Positions 16,035 to 26,266 of a stretch of 26,656 nt of DNA are shown in pieces. Both the position numbers and the translations under genes were made by a program. Positions within the stretch are counted from its first letter, which is position 1. Each line of letters starts with the position of its first letter. The DNA comes from Chthonomonadales bacterium. GTDB lineage: Bacteria; Armatimonadota; Chthonomonadetes; Chthonomonadales; Chthonomonadaceae. The DNA is taken from contig JBBQPO010000051.1 of assembly GCA_038217285.1 (NCBI GenBank), positions 1 to 26,656 on the forward strand, written 5' to 3'. Below the pieces are notes generated by a model that was not told where the DNA came from, made no database searches, and saw nothing but the letters and a program-made list of their open reading frames with translations.

Positions 16035-16766
16035 CTACTTCTTGTTGCGGCGTCGGCGGCGCAGGGCCACCAGACCGGTAGAAGCGCCGGCAGCCAACAT
16101 CGCCCACGTGCCCGGTTCGGGTGTCGCGGGGGAGGAGTCCGTATAGGTGTAGCGGAGCGTAGCTGTCGCTGTGGCGCTGGTGCTGAATGAGGAGACGATG
16201 TTGCCACCGCCGGTTGCAGTGGACGTTCCCGTTGCGGACACGGGCAGGTCTACTGTGCCAGCGCCAAGAAAGTCCGTCAGGAGGGCACCGGTATAGATGG
16301 TAGGGCCACTCGTCTGACTGCCGGTAGCAGCGGAGGTAAAGCCACTGGTGCCACCGAAATCGATATTCCCATCGAATGCCGTCAGACTGCGTACTTGCGT
16401 ACCGACCGGAATAACCTGGGTGATCGCACCACCACCAGGACGAGTCAACGAAACGGTCGCTCGAAGCAGACCCGTCGCGGTAATGGGCGAACCGCCCGTG
16501 TTCTCAATTCGGATGGTTCCGTTGACCACACCTTGCAGTGTAATTTCGACGCCGGTAAGCGTCTGACCGACGCCAGGGGTGAACTGGTTGAAGGTAAAGG
16601 TTGAACTGAAGTCCGTAGTGGTTGGCCCAACGGTCAAAGACACCGGGCTCGTGAAGAAATCGGCGTGTGCCTGAGAGCATAAGCCTACTGCAACCAGAGT
16701 CACAAGTGCCTTCAGAGAGTAAGCGCGTGCATGATACATAAAATTCCCATTGTGTGTTCGGAGCAT
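16035..16766 (-). CDS. PEP-CTERM sorting-domain protein, choice-of-anchor E-like (start may be 16739)
   Basis: Signal peptide (AHA), Thr/Gly/Ser-rich body with FNQF and FDGNIDFGGTSG, C-terminal TPEPGTWAML-TM-RRRRRNKK. Confidence 0.9.
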   Translation of the reverse strand: MLRTHNGNFMYHARAYSLKALVTLVAVGLCSQAHADFFTSPVSLTVGPTTTDFSSTFTFNQFTPGVGQTLTGVEITLQGVVNGTIRIENTGGSPITATGLLRATVSLTRPGGGAITQVIPVGTQVRSLTAFDGNIDFGGTSGFTSAATGSQTSGPTIYTGALLTDFLGAGTVDLPVSATGTSTATGGGNIVSSFSTSATATATLRYTYTDSSPATPEPGTWAMLAAGASTGLVALRRRRRNKK

Positions 16767-16932
16767 AAATCCACCTTTCGATATGCAGGATATATCTTAA
16801 CAGTTGTGCTGTCCTGCTGGTATTTTGTGCGCCAACCAACCCTGGGGTCGGTCAGGGAAGCTGCGTACCTCTTTGATGACGAATGATCGCACACCGGGCG
16901 TAATTAGAGAATGATCTCCAAAATATTACTCT

Positions 16933-16948
16933 TGCACATTCCGTGCCA
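16933..16948 (-). promoter_or_regulatory. Sigma-54 (-24/-12) promoter for the PEP-CTERM gene
   Basis: Minus strand TGGCACG-GAAT-GTGCA versus consensus TGGCACG-N4-TTGCW; correct GG-N10-GC spacing and orientation. Confidence 0.75.
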
Positions 16949-17360
16949 AATCGCCTTGTGTCTCAGGATACCAGACAATTTTTTTCAAATCCCCTCAGAA
17001 AGTCGGTCTGTTGAAGGGAAAAGCAGCCCTAGAAGCGCAGCCGAAAAGTCGATTTTCTGTGAAAACCGTCAAAATGGCGGTGTCATATTTCCCGTGAAAG
17101 TGAGATTTGACGCTTCTACAAGCATCCTGGAGCCATGAGTTTTTGATCGTTTGCTGGCTAAAGGACTTTTCGGCCACGCTTCTAGCGAAAATACTGGTGA
17201 GTAAGAACGCCCCGCAACCCCGTTATGACGATTCTATTCGGGCAGGCCGAAGCGCCGTTCAGAAATCCGACTGTATATCCCAGAGTTTCGGCAAGGGTGA
17301 CTCCCGGACGCAGCAAGCATAGAGCCTGCGTGATTCGGCCAGAGTCATTGTTCAGGGATT

Positions 17361-18086
17361 CTACTTGGGATTGGTGGAGGGAATAGACGGCGGAGGCTTG
17401 ACCTCCTTATAATCGGTCGGGGGTGTCCAGACAAAGATACTATCTGGGATGTTGATATTCATCAGTTGGTCGTTTGCCGACTGTATCAGGGTGCCGTTTG
17501 CGGTCACAATCGTCAGTTTCAAGAACTGAGAGTTCTGTTTGTCGATTATAATGGTGACCTTAGCGTTCGCGCGTTCGGTTGGTACGCCTTTGGTCGGCAT
17601 GTCTGGTTTTAAGACAAAGGTGGCGCGGCCCTTCACGGTCGTTTCCGGTAACAATAAGAAACCATTTACAGGATTCAGTACCGCGAAAAATCGCGAAAGC
17701 ATATTTTCGTTTGGAATCTGCCCGCGCTGGTAGGCTTTCTCTGACCGGGAGTACATGAACAGCGATTTGCCATCGGTAACCATAGTCTTATCGGACGACT
17801 TGCTTCTCCCACTAATGGTAGCTGAGGTGACATTGTTCACGACGTACTTGTTCGGGGCCTTGAACCAGATCTTGATCGTTACGGTCTGCGTCCCTCGCTT
17901 GCCGTCGGGCCTCGTGCCTTTTTCAACACGCACGATGGTTCCTTGAAAGGATTTCGCATTAGCATAGATGTCGGTCATTTTCTTGTAAACGTCGCTGGCA
18001 GACTGCGCGCGGGCAGAGGACAGCGCAAAAATGCCGAAAACCACAGCCAGAACTACAGCACAGTAATTGACAGGCTTCTCTTTCAT
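17361..18086 (-). CDS. LolA-like / DUF2092 periplasmic protein (start uncertain, ORF extends to 18125)
   Basis: Signal peptide (ARA), KAPNK, VTDGKSLFMY, IDK, IPDSIFVWTPP patterns of LolA-fold proteins. Confidence 0.75.
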   Translation of the reverse strand: MKEKPVNYCAVVLAVVFGIFALSSARAQSASDVYKKMTDIYANAKSFQGTIVRVEKGTRPDGKRGTQTVTIKIWFKAPNKYVVNNVTSATISGRSKSSDKTMVTDGKSLFMYSRSEKAYQRGQIPNENMLSRFFAVLNPVNGFLLLPETTVKGRATFVLKPDMPTKGVPTERANAKVTIIIDKQNSQFLKLTIVTANGTLIQSANDQLMNINIPDSIFVWTPPTDYKEVKPPPSIPSTNPK

Positions 18087-18261
18087 AATGGTTGTCCGAT
18101 GCACAGCGAATCTCCGATTCGACATGTGGGATCTCTTTGTTGACGCTGCCCATCACTGCTGGTATCTGCCCTGCGTTATGGCTCGGCGGACCTGGAGGTC
18201 AGAGGTTCCCCACACCCGCAAAAACAGTTTAGGAGGGCGACTGTATTACCGCGATTGCCGT

Positions 18262-18765
18262 TCAAAAACCCGAAAGTGGAAGCTCCGAGCCTGGGTTCGA
18301 AGCGTCCGGCAGAGAAGGCCCGTTCGACCGGAAGCCGGCCTGGCCCTTGTCGCTGTCGAGTGGCGTCTCCCCATTTCCATACAGGAGGAGCGAGATCGTG
18401 CCACGCGGATTGGTCTGCGGAAGGACGGAACGGCGAATGTCGGTCGCCGTCTCCAGATGCCTTTTGACGGTGTTGTCCGGATCGTCATCCAGCCAGGTCG
18501 CTGCCGGCAGCAGAACGTTGTCGAAATAGAACAGTTCCATCTGGGTGTGCATCGGTCTCAATGCACCCATCGACGGCAGAAAGTTGATGTAGTCCATTTG
18601 GCGGGTCACCGGCGTGAGATGCAGCATCTCCTCGTCGATGGGTGCGAACGGCTGTTCCTGACAATCTGTCGGCGACGCAATGCCGATCAGCAACCCGAAA
18701 AGCGCCGCTCCGCAAACAACCTGCAAGCGCGACCGCCTGCCATCTCTTGTTGTCGAAACGCTCAT
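18262..18765 (-). CDS. Hypothetical secreted protein
   Basis: GAGGAGG RBS, hydrophobic N-terminus; upstream extended -10 TGcTATACT at 18815-18823. Confidence 0.5.
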   Translation of the reverse strand: MSVSTTRDGRRSRLQVVCGAALFGLLIGIASPTDCQEQPFAPIDEEMLHLTPVTRQMDYINFLPSMGALRPMHTQMELFYFDNVLLPAATWLDDDPDNTVKRHLETATDIRRSVLPQTNPRGTISLLLYGNGETPLDSDKGQAGFRSNGPSLPDASNPGSELPLSGF

Positions 18766-19153
18766 ACGAGCGTCCTCCTCACAAACACCTCGACCTTACA
18801 GGCATATCAACTATAGTATAGCACACTATTGACGGAATACAACCGAACAGACTGAAATTTTCACAAAGAACATGCCATACCTCCCATGCCTAAAGGCTTA
18901 TCTTGTCTCGTAGGGAAGGGGATGCCCTGGCAAAGAACGTCCGCCTCGCCCTTTCGTACTCTGCCTCGCTCCTTGAGGGGCGGGAAGTAAATCGCGAAGA
19001 GGAGGTTGCTTGACACGACAAATCTAAGGGACAAGATGAGATCTTAGGAGGAGAGGCTTCGCTTTGCACAGGCGGCAGCAGCGGAGTCAGAGGCAGGGCG
19101 ACAGGGAGGCGAGGCAGGCTATTACAGGACGTCGTGAGAGTCGGACAAGGGGG

Positions 19154-19220
19154 CTTCCACGGAAAATAGGACGCCGCTGCACGGCATACCCCAAATCCCC
19201 TATCCTAACGGGGATTTGGG
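19154..19220 (-). repeat. REP-like palindromic unit related to 4576-4676
   Basis: CCCAAATCCCC/GGGGATTTGGG hairpin followed on the minus strand by ATGCCG..GCGGCG-TCCTATTTT. Confidence 0.55.
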
Positions 19221-19246
19221 AGGATTTCCCCCCCCAGAACCGGGGT

Positions 19247-19993
19247 TCAGGCAGGCTGTTCGATCTCGTCCAGATTGAAGAGTTTGGCGGCGTTGTCATG
19301 GAGAATACGGCGGCGCTCCAGTGCGGAAAGGTCGGAGTCCTCGATCAGACCCAGCGCGGCGGCAGGGTCGAGTTGCGGGAAGCCGCTGCCGAACAGGACA
19401 CGGTGTCCGCCGATCGCTTCGACCGCCGCCGGAATACGCGCGCGGTCCAGACTGCCGGAGGTCTCTAGAAAGATGTTGACCGACTGCTGTGCGGCGGCAA
19501 TGGCTGTGCGCCAGTCCGCGCCGCCCATGCCCAGAAAGATGAACTTATGCATGCTGTAGGTCTTGGCCAGATGCAGCGCGACCTCCACACAGGCGGCGTT
19601 CGGGGTGAGAAGAAAGATCGGCTTCTGATAACGACGACAGGCGTTGAGAGTCTCGTCGGCGACCAGCGGATGCAGCGGTTCAAGCGGGTGTGTGGAGGTG
19701 AGAAGAACACCCAGGAAGCGCCGAGTGCCGAGCAGATCCCGAATGGACTGCAGAGAGGCATCGACGCGGTTCAGATGCGCTACCAGGCAGCCGTACAGAC
19801 CGGGACCCTGATCCAGCATAACACGCAGGATACGGTTGCCGGAGAGCGGATCGGCCTGCGCCGCCCGCGCCGCCATGAGAATAGTGCGCTCGATTCCCCG
19901 CGCCTGCATACTCTGCACCACCTGCCCGGCGTTCTGATTGATACCGGGCAGGACATACCCTTCGAGCGAAGCATGAATATCGAAAATTGCCAA
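19247..19993 (-). CDS. Amidohydrolase_2-fold protein with degenerate metal site
   Basis: IFDIH, NIFLETS, G.HRVLFGSGFP, ILHDNAAKLF; TTG start. Confidence 0.8.
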   Translation of the reverse strand: MAIFDIHASLEGYVLPGINQNAGQVVQSMQARGIERTILMAARAAQADPLSGNRILRVMLDQGPGLYGCLVAHLNRVDASLQSIRDLLGTRRFLGVLLTSTHPLEPLHPLVADETLNACRRYQKPIFLLTPNAACVEVALHLAKTYSMHKFIFLGMGGADWRTAIAAAQQSVNIFLETSGSLDRARIPAAVEAIGGHRVLFGSGFPQLDPAAALGLIEDSDLSALERRRILHDNAAKLFNLDEIEQPA

Positions 19994-20037
19994 CGGAGCG
20001 ACCCCCTGAAGAACGGTTTTGAAAACAGCCGATTCGA

Positions 20038-20766
20038 CTACTCCGGCAGAGACAGAACCCGGCGCGCATTGTCGGTAAGAATCTGGCGGCGATCCGATTC
20101 GGAGAGACCGGTGTAGTGCAGGGTATGCAGTCCGGCCGCGATGGGACAGGCGGGCGCTCCGGTACCGAACAGGAGGCGTTGCGCCCCAACGGTGGCGACG
20201 ACCTGCGCAATACAGCCCGGTGCCAACAGATGGGAGGTTTCGAGATGCCAGTGATCGAAACGCCGCAGCGCCGCGATCGCTTCGGCAAGGAGCGTGTAGT
20301 CGACGCCGGAGAGAATGACCGGGGCCGGATAACGGCCCAGGATCTCGGCGAGCGCGGTGATCTCTCCGATGCTGTTCACGCCGACCATCACCGGCATCTG
20401 GGCAGCCTGGAGAGCTTCCAGGAGAGAGGGAAATGGCGCGAATGAGACGGGCCAGCCCTGCTCACAGGGAAAGAAGCGCACCATGCAGAAGCCGTCCGCC
20501 CGGAGGTTTTGGAGAGGTGCCGGATCACCGAAAAAAGTGGTGGGATTGAAGGTCGCGACCGGCAGAAGAGCCGGGTGTTCCGCGCACGCGGCGCGGGTCG
20601 CTCCGTTTCCGCCTGTGGCGTCGAGCAGTACTCCCAGTGTGGAGAGCGTACAGGCCCGTCCCACGCTATATTTCTGCATCAGGGCTATCAGAGAGTCCAC
20701 GGTCATATCGGTGCTGGCAAAAGGCATAGGCCCGAAAAGCGTATTTATATCGACGATCTCGTCCAT
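20038..20766 (-). CDS. Amidohydrolase_2-fold protein with degenerate metal site
   Basis: ATG 20766 after GGGGAG; IVDINTLFG, VRFFP, LETS, GAQRLLFGTGAP, ILTDNARRVL. Confidence 0.8.
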   Translation of the reverse strand: MDEIVDINTLFGPMPFASTDMTVDSLIALMQKYSVGRACTLSTLGVLLDATGGNGATRAACAEHPALLPVATFNPTTFFGDPAPLQNLRADGFCMVRFFPCEQGWPVSFAPFPSLLEALQAAQMPVMVGVNSIGEITALAEILGRYPAPVILSGVDYTLLAEAIAALRRFDHWHLETSHLLAPGCIAQVVATVGAQRLLFGTGAPACPIAAGLHTLHYTGLSESDRRQILTDNARRVLSLPE

Positions 20767-21004
20767 CCGTGCTCCCCGTCCTGGGCGTGGCGCGTATCCG
20801 GATCGAGGGAGCAGCCCGGAAAGCCCACGGTTCCAGCACAACGTAATAACGCATTATGTCACGAATCCAGGCTGGATGCAACCATTATGTTTTCTGAGAG
20901 CTGCCTTTCAAGAGAAAACAAGAAACCCGATCCGCAGCCCCTTACCGCCTTTCGGCGACGGAGAGCACAGATCGGGCTACGGTGGGAGGATAACGCGCCG
21001 GGAG

Positions 21005-21346
21005 CTAGGTTTTGGGCCGCATAAGCTGCCAGAGACTGAACCCGAAGACCAGGATCAGAAGCAGACGGGAGACCAGTGGAGGCAGCGTCATCAGGGCGAA
21101 CAGTGTGAACCCTAGAACGCTTGTCACCACAAGAGCCACAATGAGGAAAGAGTGTTGTAGGGGTGGGCGTGAGTGCGGGTGGCTCCGAGAAGGCTGCAAA
21201 AGACCCCACTTTTCTTCATAGTTGGGCGTGAAATAGACCCAGATATGGAAAAGCAGGCTCAACGGCAGCCAGAAGCAGGAAATCACTCGGTCTTGCCAGC
21301 GCACTTCCGCGCGGCGATTTTGTTGGGACGACGCAGTAGGTACCAT
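21005..21346 (-). CDS. Small hypothetical membrane protein
   Basis: 113 aa with about three hydrophobic segments; start uncertain. Confidence 0.35.
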   Translation of the reverse strand: MVPTASSQQNRRAEVRWQDRVISCFWLPLSLLFHIWVYFTPNYEEKWGLLQPSRSHPHSRPPLQHSFLIVALVVTSVLGFTLFALMTLPPLVSRLLLILVFGFSLWQLMRPKT

Positions 21347-21702
21347 AGGTCACACTTCCCAGACTTGCAGAATTGCACCAGTACCCCGTTGGTTTACAGC
21401 AGAAACAGCGCAATCACTAGAACTGCCGTTCACAATTCGCCCAGTGGGCGGGGGTTCCTTCAACATTGCAGAGAGCCGAACAATAGCTCTCCAATAGGAG
21501 GGACGAAACTCTGCAGGGGAAAGTTCACTCGCTATGGCCATTTGAGAACTTTTTTTTTGTGAAGGTTACAAAAAGTTACAACGGGCAGGCTTGATGTACG
21601 GTCTGTGCGGCATTTGCGGTGACAACGAGAGAGACAGGCCGTCGTTGGGAGCCGACCTGTCTCGCCTGTTGCGCCTGAACCCGCAGCGAACGCGGGGTTT
21701 CG

Positions 21703-23307
21703 CTACAGCGTCACGAGCTGCGCCTCTTCCATGCCCGGGAAACCCCGAATCAGAGGCAGCAGCTCGGCCGGGATGGGCTCATCGACCATGACGACCATGA
21801 TGGCCCGACCCCCGCTGGTTTCGCGGCCCACGTGCATACCAGCGATGTTGATATGGTTGCTGCCGAGCAGCATGCCGACATTGCCGATGATGCCCGGCCT
21901 GTCGCTATGCTGCGTGATGATCATATGACCGGACGGCACGATATCGACATGGTAGCCGTCGATATGAACGATATGCGGCTCGTTGTCATAGACGGTCCCG
22001 CAGATCGTGCGGTCGCTCCCCGGCAGGTGGGCGCGCACCGAGAGCAGGCAGGTGTGGTCGGCGGTGGCAGGGCTGTGGGACTCCACGACGCGAATGCCCC
22101 GCGCCTCTGCCAGTGACGGCGCATTGACGATGTTGACGGTGTTCTCCGACAGCGGAGCCATGAGCCCTTTCAGAACGGCGCGCGTGATTGGAGCCGTTGG
22201 CAGGCCCGCGAAATCGCCGCTGAAGATCACTTCGACGGCGTTGATACGCCGGCCCGACTCCCCGGCGGCAAGGGCCAACTGCATCTGAAGGCTGCCGATC
22301 TTCGTGGCGAGCGTCTGGAAAGGAACGATGCGCGCGAGATCTTCGGCGGAGATGGCAGGCAGATTGACGGCGGTGCGCGCGGGGCGACCCTGCAGGACAT
22401 CGGCGATCTGTTCGCAGACGTCTACGGCGACTTTCGTCTGCGCCTCCTCGGTCGAGGCTCCTAGGTGCGGAATCAGGATATTGTTGGAGGGCAGGTCCAG
22501 CAGCGGATTGGTCGCCTCCGGCGGCTCCTTCGTAAAGACATCGAAGGCGATGCCCGCCACTTTGCCGCTTTTCACCGCCGTCGCGAGCGCCGCCTCGTCC
22601 ACGATCCCGCCGCGCGCACAGTTGACAATCCGCACCCCCTCTTTCATGAGCGCGAACTGCGGGGTCGAGAGCATATTGCGCGTCTCGTCGCTGAGCGGGG
22701 TATGAATGGTGATGAAGTCGCTGCGGCGCAGCAGATCGTCAAGCGAGACGGGTTCGACGCCCATCCGCCGCGTCATCTCCTCCGGCACGAACGGATTGTA
22801 GGCGATCAGCTCCACGCCAAAAGCTTTTAAGCGTTCGGCGACCGCATAGCCGATGCGCCCCAGACCCAGCACACCGACGGTCTTGCCGGCTATCTCCGTG
22901 CCGACGAACTTCTTGCGCTCCCATTTCCCAGCTCTCAGGCTGGCCTCAGCCTCAGGAATCCGGCGCGCCAGCGCGAGCAGCATCCCGACGGTGAGCTCAG
23001 CGGCGGCCAGGGTGTTGCCGTCCGGCGAGTTGACGACAAGAATGCCCTTTTTCGTGGCCGCTTCGACATCGATGTTATCGACGCCGACGCCTGCCCGCCC
23101 GATGATCTTGAGACGGTCGGCGGCGGCGAGAATGGCGGCGGTGACTTTTGTCTCGCTGCGCACTGCCAGAGCGTCGTACTCTCCGATGATCGCCAGCAGC
23201 TCTTCCGGTTTCAGACCATGTTTTACGTCCACTTCGACGCCCGGCGTCGCCCGCAATTTCGCGACCCCGACTTCGGCGAGGGGGTCGCTGACCAGTACTT
23301 TCGGCAT
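21703..23307 (-). CDS. serA: D-3-phosphoglycerate dehydrogenase (long form with ASB and ACT domains)
   Basis: RAGVGVDNID, AAELT, GLGRIG, NCARGG, PHLGASTEEAQ, DRPGIIG...NIAGM. Confidence 0.96.
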   Translation of the reverse strand: MPKVLVSDPLAEVGVAKLRATPGVEVDVKHGLKPEELLAIIGEYDALAVRSETKVTAAILAAADRLKIIGRAGVGVDNIDVEAATKKGILVVNSPDGNTLAAAELTVGMLLALARRIPEAEASLRAGKWERKKFVGTEIAGKTVGVLGLGRIGYAVAERLKAFGVELIAYNPFVPEEMTRRMGVEPVSLDDLLRRSDFITIHTPLSDETRNMLSTPQFALMKEGVRIVNCARGGIVDEAALATAVKSGKVAGIAFDVFTKEPPEATNPLLDLPSNNILIPHLGASTEEAQTKVAVDVCEQIADVLQGRPARTAVNLPAISAEDLARIVPFQTLATKIGSLQMQLALAAGESGRRINAVEVIFSGDFAGLPTAPITRAVLKGLMAPLSENTVNIVNAPSLAEARGIRVVESHSPATADHTCLLSVRAHLPGSDRTICGTVYDNEPHIVHIDGYHVDIVPSGHMIITQHSDRPGIIGNVGMLLGSNHINIAGMHVGRETSGGRAIMVVMVDEPIPAELLPLIRGFPGMEEAQLVTL

Positions 23308-23366
23308 CCGTTTCTCCGTTCCTTTACACTTTGCGGAGTCTTATTCGCTCCGCTTGCCTGCTCAGA

Positions 23367-23396
23367 AGGATACCGGAAACCGACAAGGCCTGTCAA
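23367..23396 (-). promoter_or_regulatory. Candidate sigma-70 promoter for serA
   Basis: Minus strand TTGACA (23391-23396) - 18 bp - TATCCT (23367-23372). Confidence 0.5.
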
Positions 23397-23425
23397 TCGC
23401 CGCTACGGCGCTAGAGAAAGGGATT

Positions 23426-25075
23426 TCAGCGTTTCGCACCGGCGGCGGTGAGCAGAGCGACCATCGGCTCCGCCCTTCGCAGGCGCGCTAGGGAAAGCGG
23501 GGTCTGCCCCTGGCTATTGACGACATTGACGTTCGCACCGTGTTTTAGCAGCAGCGTAATGTAGTCTGGCCGAGAGGAGTTAATCGCCGTTAGCAAGGGA
23601 GTATTGCCCTGGGCGTCCCGCGCATTGACGTCGGCCCCTCGCTCGATCAGGAGGGCGGCGATGGCGGTGATGTAACACTGCATTAGGGCGGTCCTGCCGG
23701 TGTGGTCGCGGGCGTTCACATCCAGGCCTTGGTCAAGCAACAGGCGCGCGACACCCACATCATGCATACCGCGCATAAGGGCATTCTGGCCGGAGTTACG
23801 CTCGGCGGCTCCCACTTTCGCGCCGTGTTCGATCAGCAGGCGCATCGTCTCCAGATGGGCGCCACTGGCGGCGGCGAGCAGAGGCGTTGTACCGAACGTA
23901 TCCTCCGCATTCACGTCAGCGCCGCGCGCAATAAGTAGTCCCGCGATTTCAGGCTTCGGCAGAGCGGCGGCATAGTGGAGCGGCGTATAGACCTTGCCTG
24001 GAGCGTAACCGTTGGGGAAGTGCGCAGGCGGGCGCTTCGCCGATGTCGGGGCGTTCGGCGGATTGACCGGAAGGTGCTGGTTCAGCAGGAATCTCACTAT
24101 TTCGGGTTTACCCGACTGTGCGGCATTGCAAAGGATGGTCCAGCCGACCTGTTGCTTTGTGGTTGCGTTGGTTCGATCCCAGAGGAATTTCAGCAGCGCC
24201 GGACTGCCGTACGCCGACGCGAAAACGAGCGGCGGCGTCGCGGGCAGGGCCTGTGGCGTCGGGCGCGGTCCTGGGCCGCTCAGAATGACGGTGGCGACGC
24301 CGTTGATGGTGACGAGAGAGCGTACCATCCCTCCGCTGGAAAACTGCACAATCGGACTGTTCCAAGGGAGTCGAGCTACTTTCAGGTCGCGCTCATCGGC
24401 CCCCTGCGCCAGCAAAGCCTGAATCGTCTGCTCACGACGATTCTCTACGGCCAGCGACAGCGCGGTATGGGACTGAAGGTCGATCTCGTGAATATCTTCG
24501 CCCTTCGCCAGCAGCAGGCGCACGTTTTGCGTCTGCCCCGTCCGGGCGGCGAACAGCAGAGGAGTCTCGCCTGTCCGGTTGTGCACATGCATATCTGCGC
24601 CCTTTGCCAGCAGCGCCTCCAGGATGTCTGGCGGCGGCTTTGAAGCGGCGTAAAGCAGGGCCGAGTAGCCGCTGTTGAGGCGAATGTTGACGTTGGCGTC
24701 ATGCTGGAGCAGTTCCGTGACTATCTCCGTGTCACCGTTGGTAACGGCGTACATCAGCACGGTCATGGTGTTATTGGCAGGGGGACGCAGGCTGCGATGA
24801 AAAAGCAGACGCACATAATCGACGATGCTGCCGAAATGATCTGGCCCTGCCGCAGGTTTTAGCGGGAGGTCGGGGTCGGCCCCGTTGTTCAGGGCGTACC
24901 GTACACCCTCCGCATCGTCCTTCATGAGGCTCTGCGTGAGCAGGTCGTTGGCGCGGTTCGTTCGCAGTGGGAGGTAGACCGCGACCAACAAAATCAGCGT
25001 GATCAGCAAGACAAGTAGCCGAAAACGGCTGTTGCGCTTCGGCTTTGGGGACTGTGGTTGGGTCGAATCGTCCAT
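23426..25075 (-). CDS. Membrane-anchored ankyrin repeat protein
   Basis: ATG 25075 after GAGG; N-terminal TM helix; many G.TPL..A...G...LL..GADVN repeats. Confidence 0.9.
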   Translation of the reverse strand: MDDSTQPQSPKPKRNSRFRLLVLLITLILLVAVYLPLRTNRANDLLTQSLMKDDAEGVRYALNNGADPDLPLKPAAGPDHFGSIVDYVRLLFHRSLRPPANNTMTVLMYAVTNGDTEIVTELLQHDANVNIRLNSGYSALLYAASKPPPDILEALLAKGADMHVHNRTGETPLLFAARTGQTQNVRLLLAKGEDIHEIDLQSHTALSLAVENRREQTIQALLAQGADERDLKVARLPWNSPIVQFSSGGMVRSLVTINGVATVILSGPGPRPTPQALPATPPLVFASAYGSPALLKFLWDRTNATTKQQVGWTILCNAAQSGKPEIVRFLLNQHLPVNPPNAPTSAKRPPAHFPNGYAPGKVYTPLHYAAALPKPEIAGLLIARGADVNAEDTFGTTPLLAAASGAHLETMRLLIEHGAKVGAAERNSGQNALMRGMHDVGVARLLLDQGLDVNARDHTGRTALMQCYITAIAALLIERGADVNARDAQGNTPLLTAINSSRPDYITLLLKHGANVNVVNSQGQTPLSLARLRRAEPMVALLTAAGAKR

Positions 25076-25177
25076 AGGGTCTTCCTCGCCGTTCGCACCT
25101 TCGTACAGAGGTACAGTTTCCTTCCTGTTTGGTCGTCCGGAGCCGTCGTCAGGTTCACCAAGCCTCTTTGAAACCGG

Positions 25178-25227
25178 AAAAACGTGGGAAAGAGCGCAGA
25201 GGCAGCGCCCTCTCTTTCCCACGTTTT
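25178..25227 (-). terminator. Terminator downstream of xylA
   Basis: 16-bp arms AAAACGTGGGAAAGAG / CTCTTTCCCACGTTTT just after the stop codon. Confidence 0.7.
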
Positions 25228-25237
25228 CTCTGACGCT

Positions 25238-26266
25238 TTAGCCCCGCAGCAGGTTACGCACGATAAACATCTCCAGGCCTTCGTAGTCCTGTGCTTCCAC
25301 ATAAGACTGCCACTCCTGACGGTCTATCTGCGCGGCGATGGCGACAAGGCGCTCGAAAATCTCCTTGCTGTTGGCCAGATGTTTCCACGCGAGCTCGAAC
25401 GACTGCGTGCGCATCGCCTTGACATCCAGCCCGATGACTTCGCCGTTCTTACCGTAGTCGTTGCGCATCAGCACATCTACGGCGTTGAAGGCGCGGCGCA
25501 GGTCCACGCTGCCGAAGCTCTTGTCCTGGTCGTATTTCAGGCCGTTCTGATCGTTCAGGTGGACGCCCCACAGTTTGTCATGAAACAGCGCGTAGGCCAT
25601 TTCGTCGGAGGGATCGAGGCCGAGCAGAATACAGTGCGCCGCCTCTATGAGCACCCCAACGCGCGACGGATCGGCGGTCTTATAGGCCAGCGCGAGGAAG
25701 TGGCCGGTACTGGGCAGATACATCAGGTCCATCGGCTCGTTCGGCTTCATCTCGGCGAGGATGCGGATTTTCGGGTCGTAGGCCAGGATCGCGTTGCAGT
25801 AGTCGAGCATGCGGCCAAAGGCAGTGACGGCGTCTTTCGCCTCCCGAATATAGGTGCCTTCGCGGGCGGGCCACAGCACCAGTCGGTCGGTTCCCAGCTC
25901 GTTGGCGATATCGACCGAGCGTTTGGCACGGTCGAGGGCCAGTGCGCGGGAGGTGGGGTTGTTGGCGGTGATACCGCCGTCGGCGAAGCGCGGGTCCTCC
26001 CACAGGCGCGGCGCGATGAACTCGACTCCGAGGCCGTGATCGCCCGCGATGCGCTTCAGTGTCTGACACGCCGACCCGATCTGCGCGGCGGGAACGTCCA
26101 TCGGCACGGCGTCGTCGTCGTGCAGTTGGACATACGTAAAGCCAAGTTTCTGGAGAATGCCGCATATCTCTGTGAAGTTGCGATCCGGGCGCACGGGCGG
26201 GCCGAACGGGTCGGCTCCGGGGTGCAGGTTCCAGACTCCGGCGGAGTATTGAAACTGAGTGTTCAT
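25238..26266 (-). CDS. xylA: Xylose isomerase family protein (short class I type)
   Basis: GADPFG, HDDD, W..REG, EMKPNEP, E..H, HLNDQ.G.KYDQD, D.K..R. Confidence 0.82.
   Translation of the reverse strand: MNTQFQYSAGVWNLHPGADPFGPPVRPDRNFTEICGILQKLGFTYVQLHDDDAVPMDVPAAQIGSACQTLKRIAGDHGLGVEFIAPRLWEDPRFADGGITANNPTSRALALDRAKRSVDIANELGTDRLVLWPAREGTYIREAKDAVTAFGRMLDYCNAILAYDPKIRILAEMKPNEPMDLMYLPSTGHFLALAYKTADPSRVGVLIEAAHCILLGLDPSDEMAYALFHDKLWGVHLNDQNGLKYDQDKSFGSVDLRRAFNAVDVLMRNDYGKNGEVIGLDVKAMRTQSFELAWKHLANSKEIFERLVAIAAQIDRQEWQSYVEAQDYEGLEMFIVRNLLRG

Noticed and set aside
16801-16870. c-di-GMP-I riboswitch in the PEP-CTERM leader
   Set aside because: GGCGCA.AAA and GACAGC fragments resemble it, but the GNRA tetraloop/receptor and P1 consensus are missing.
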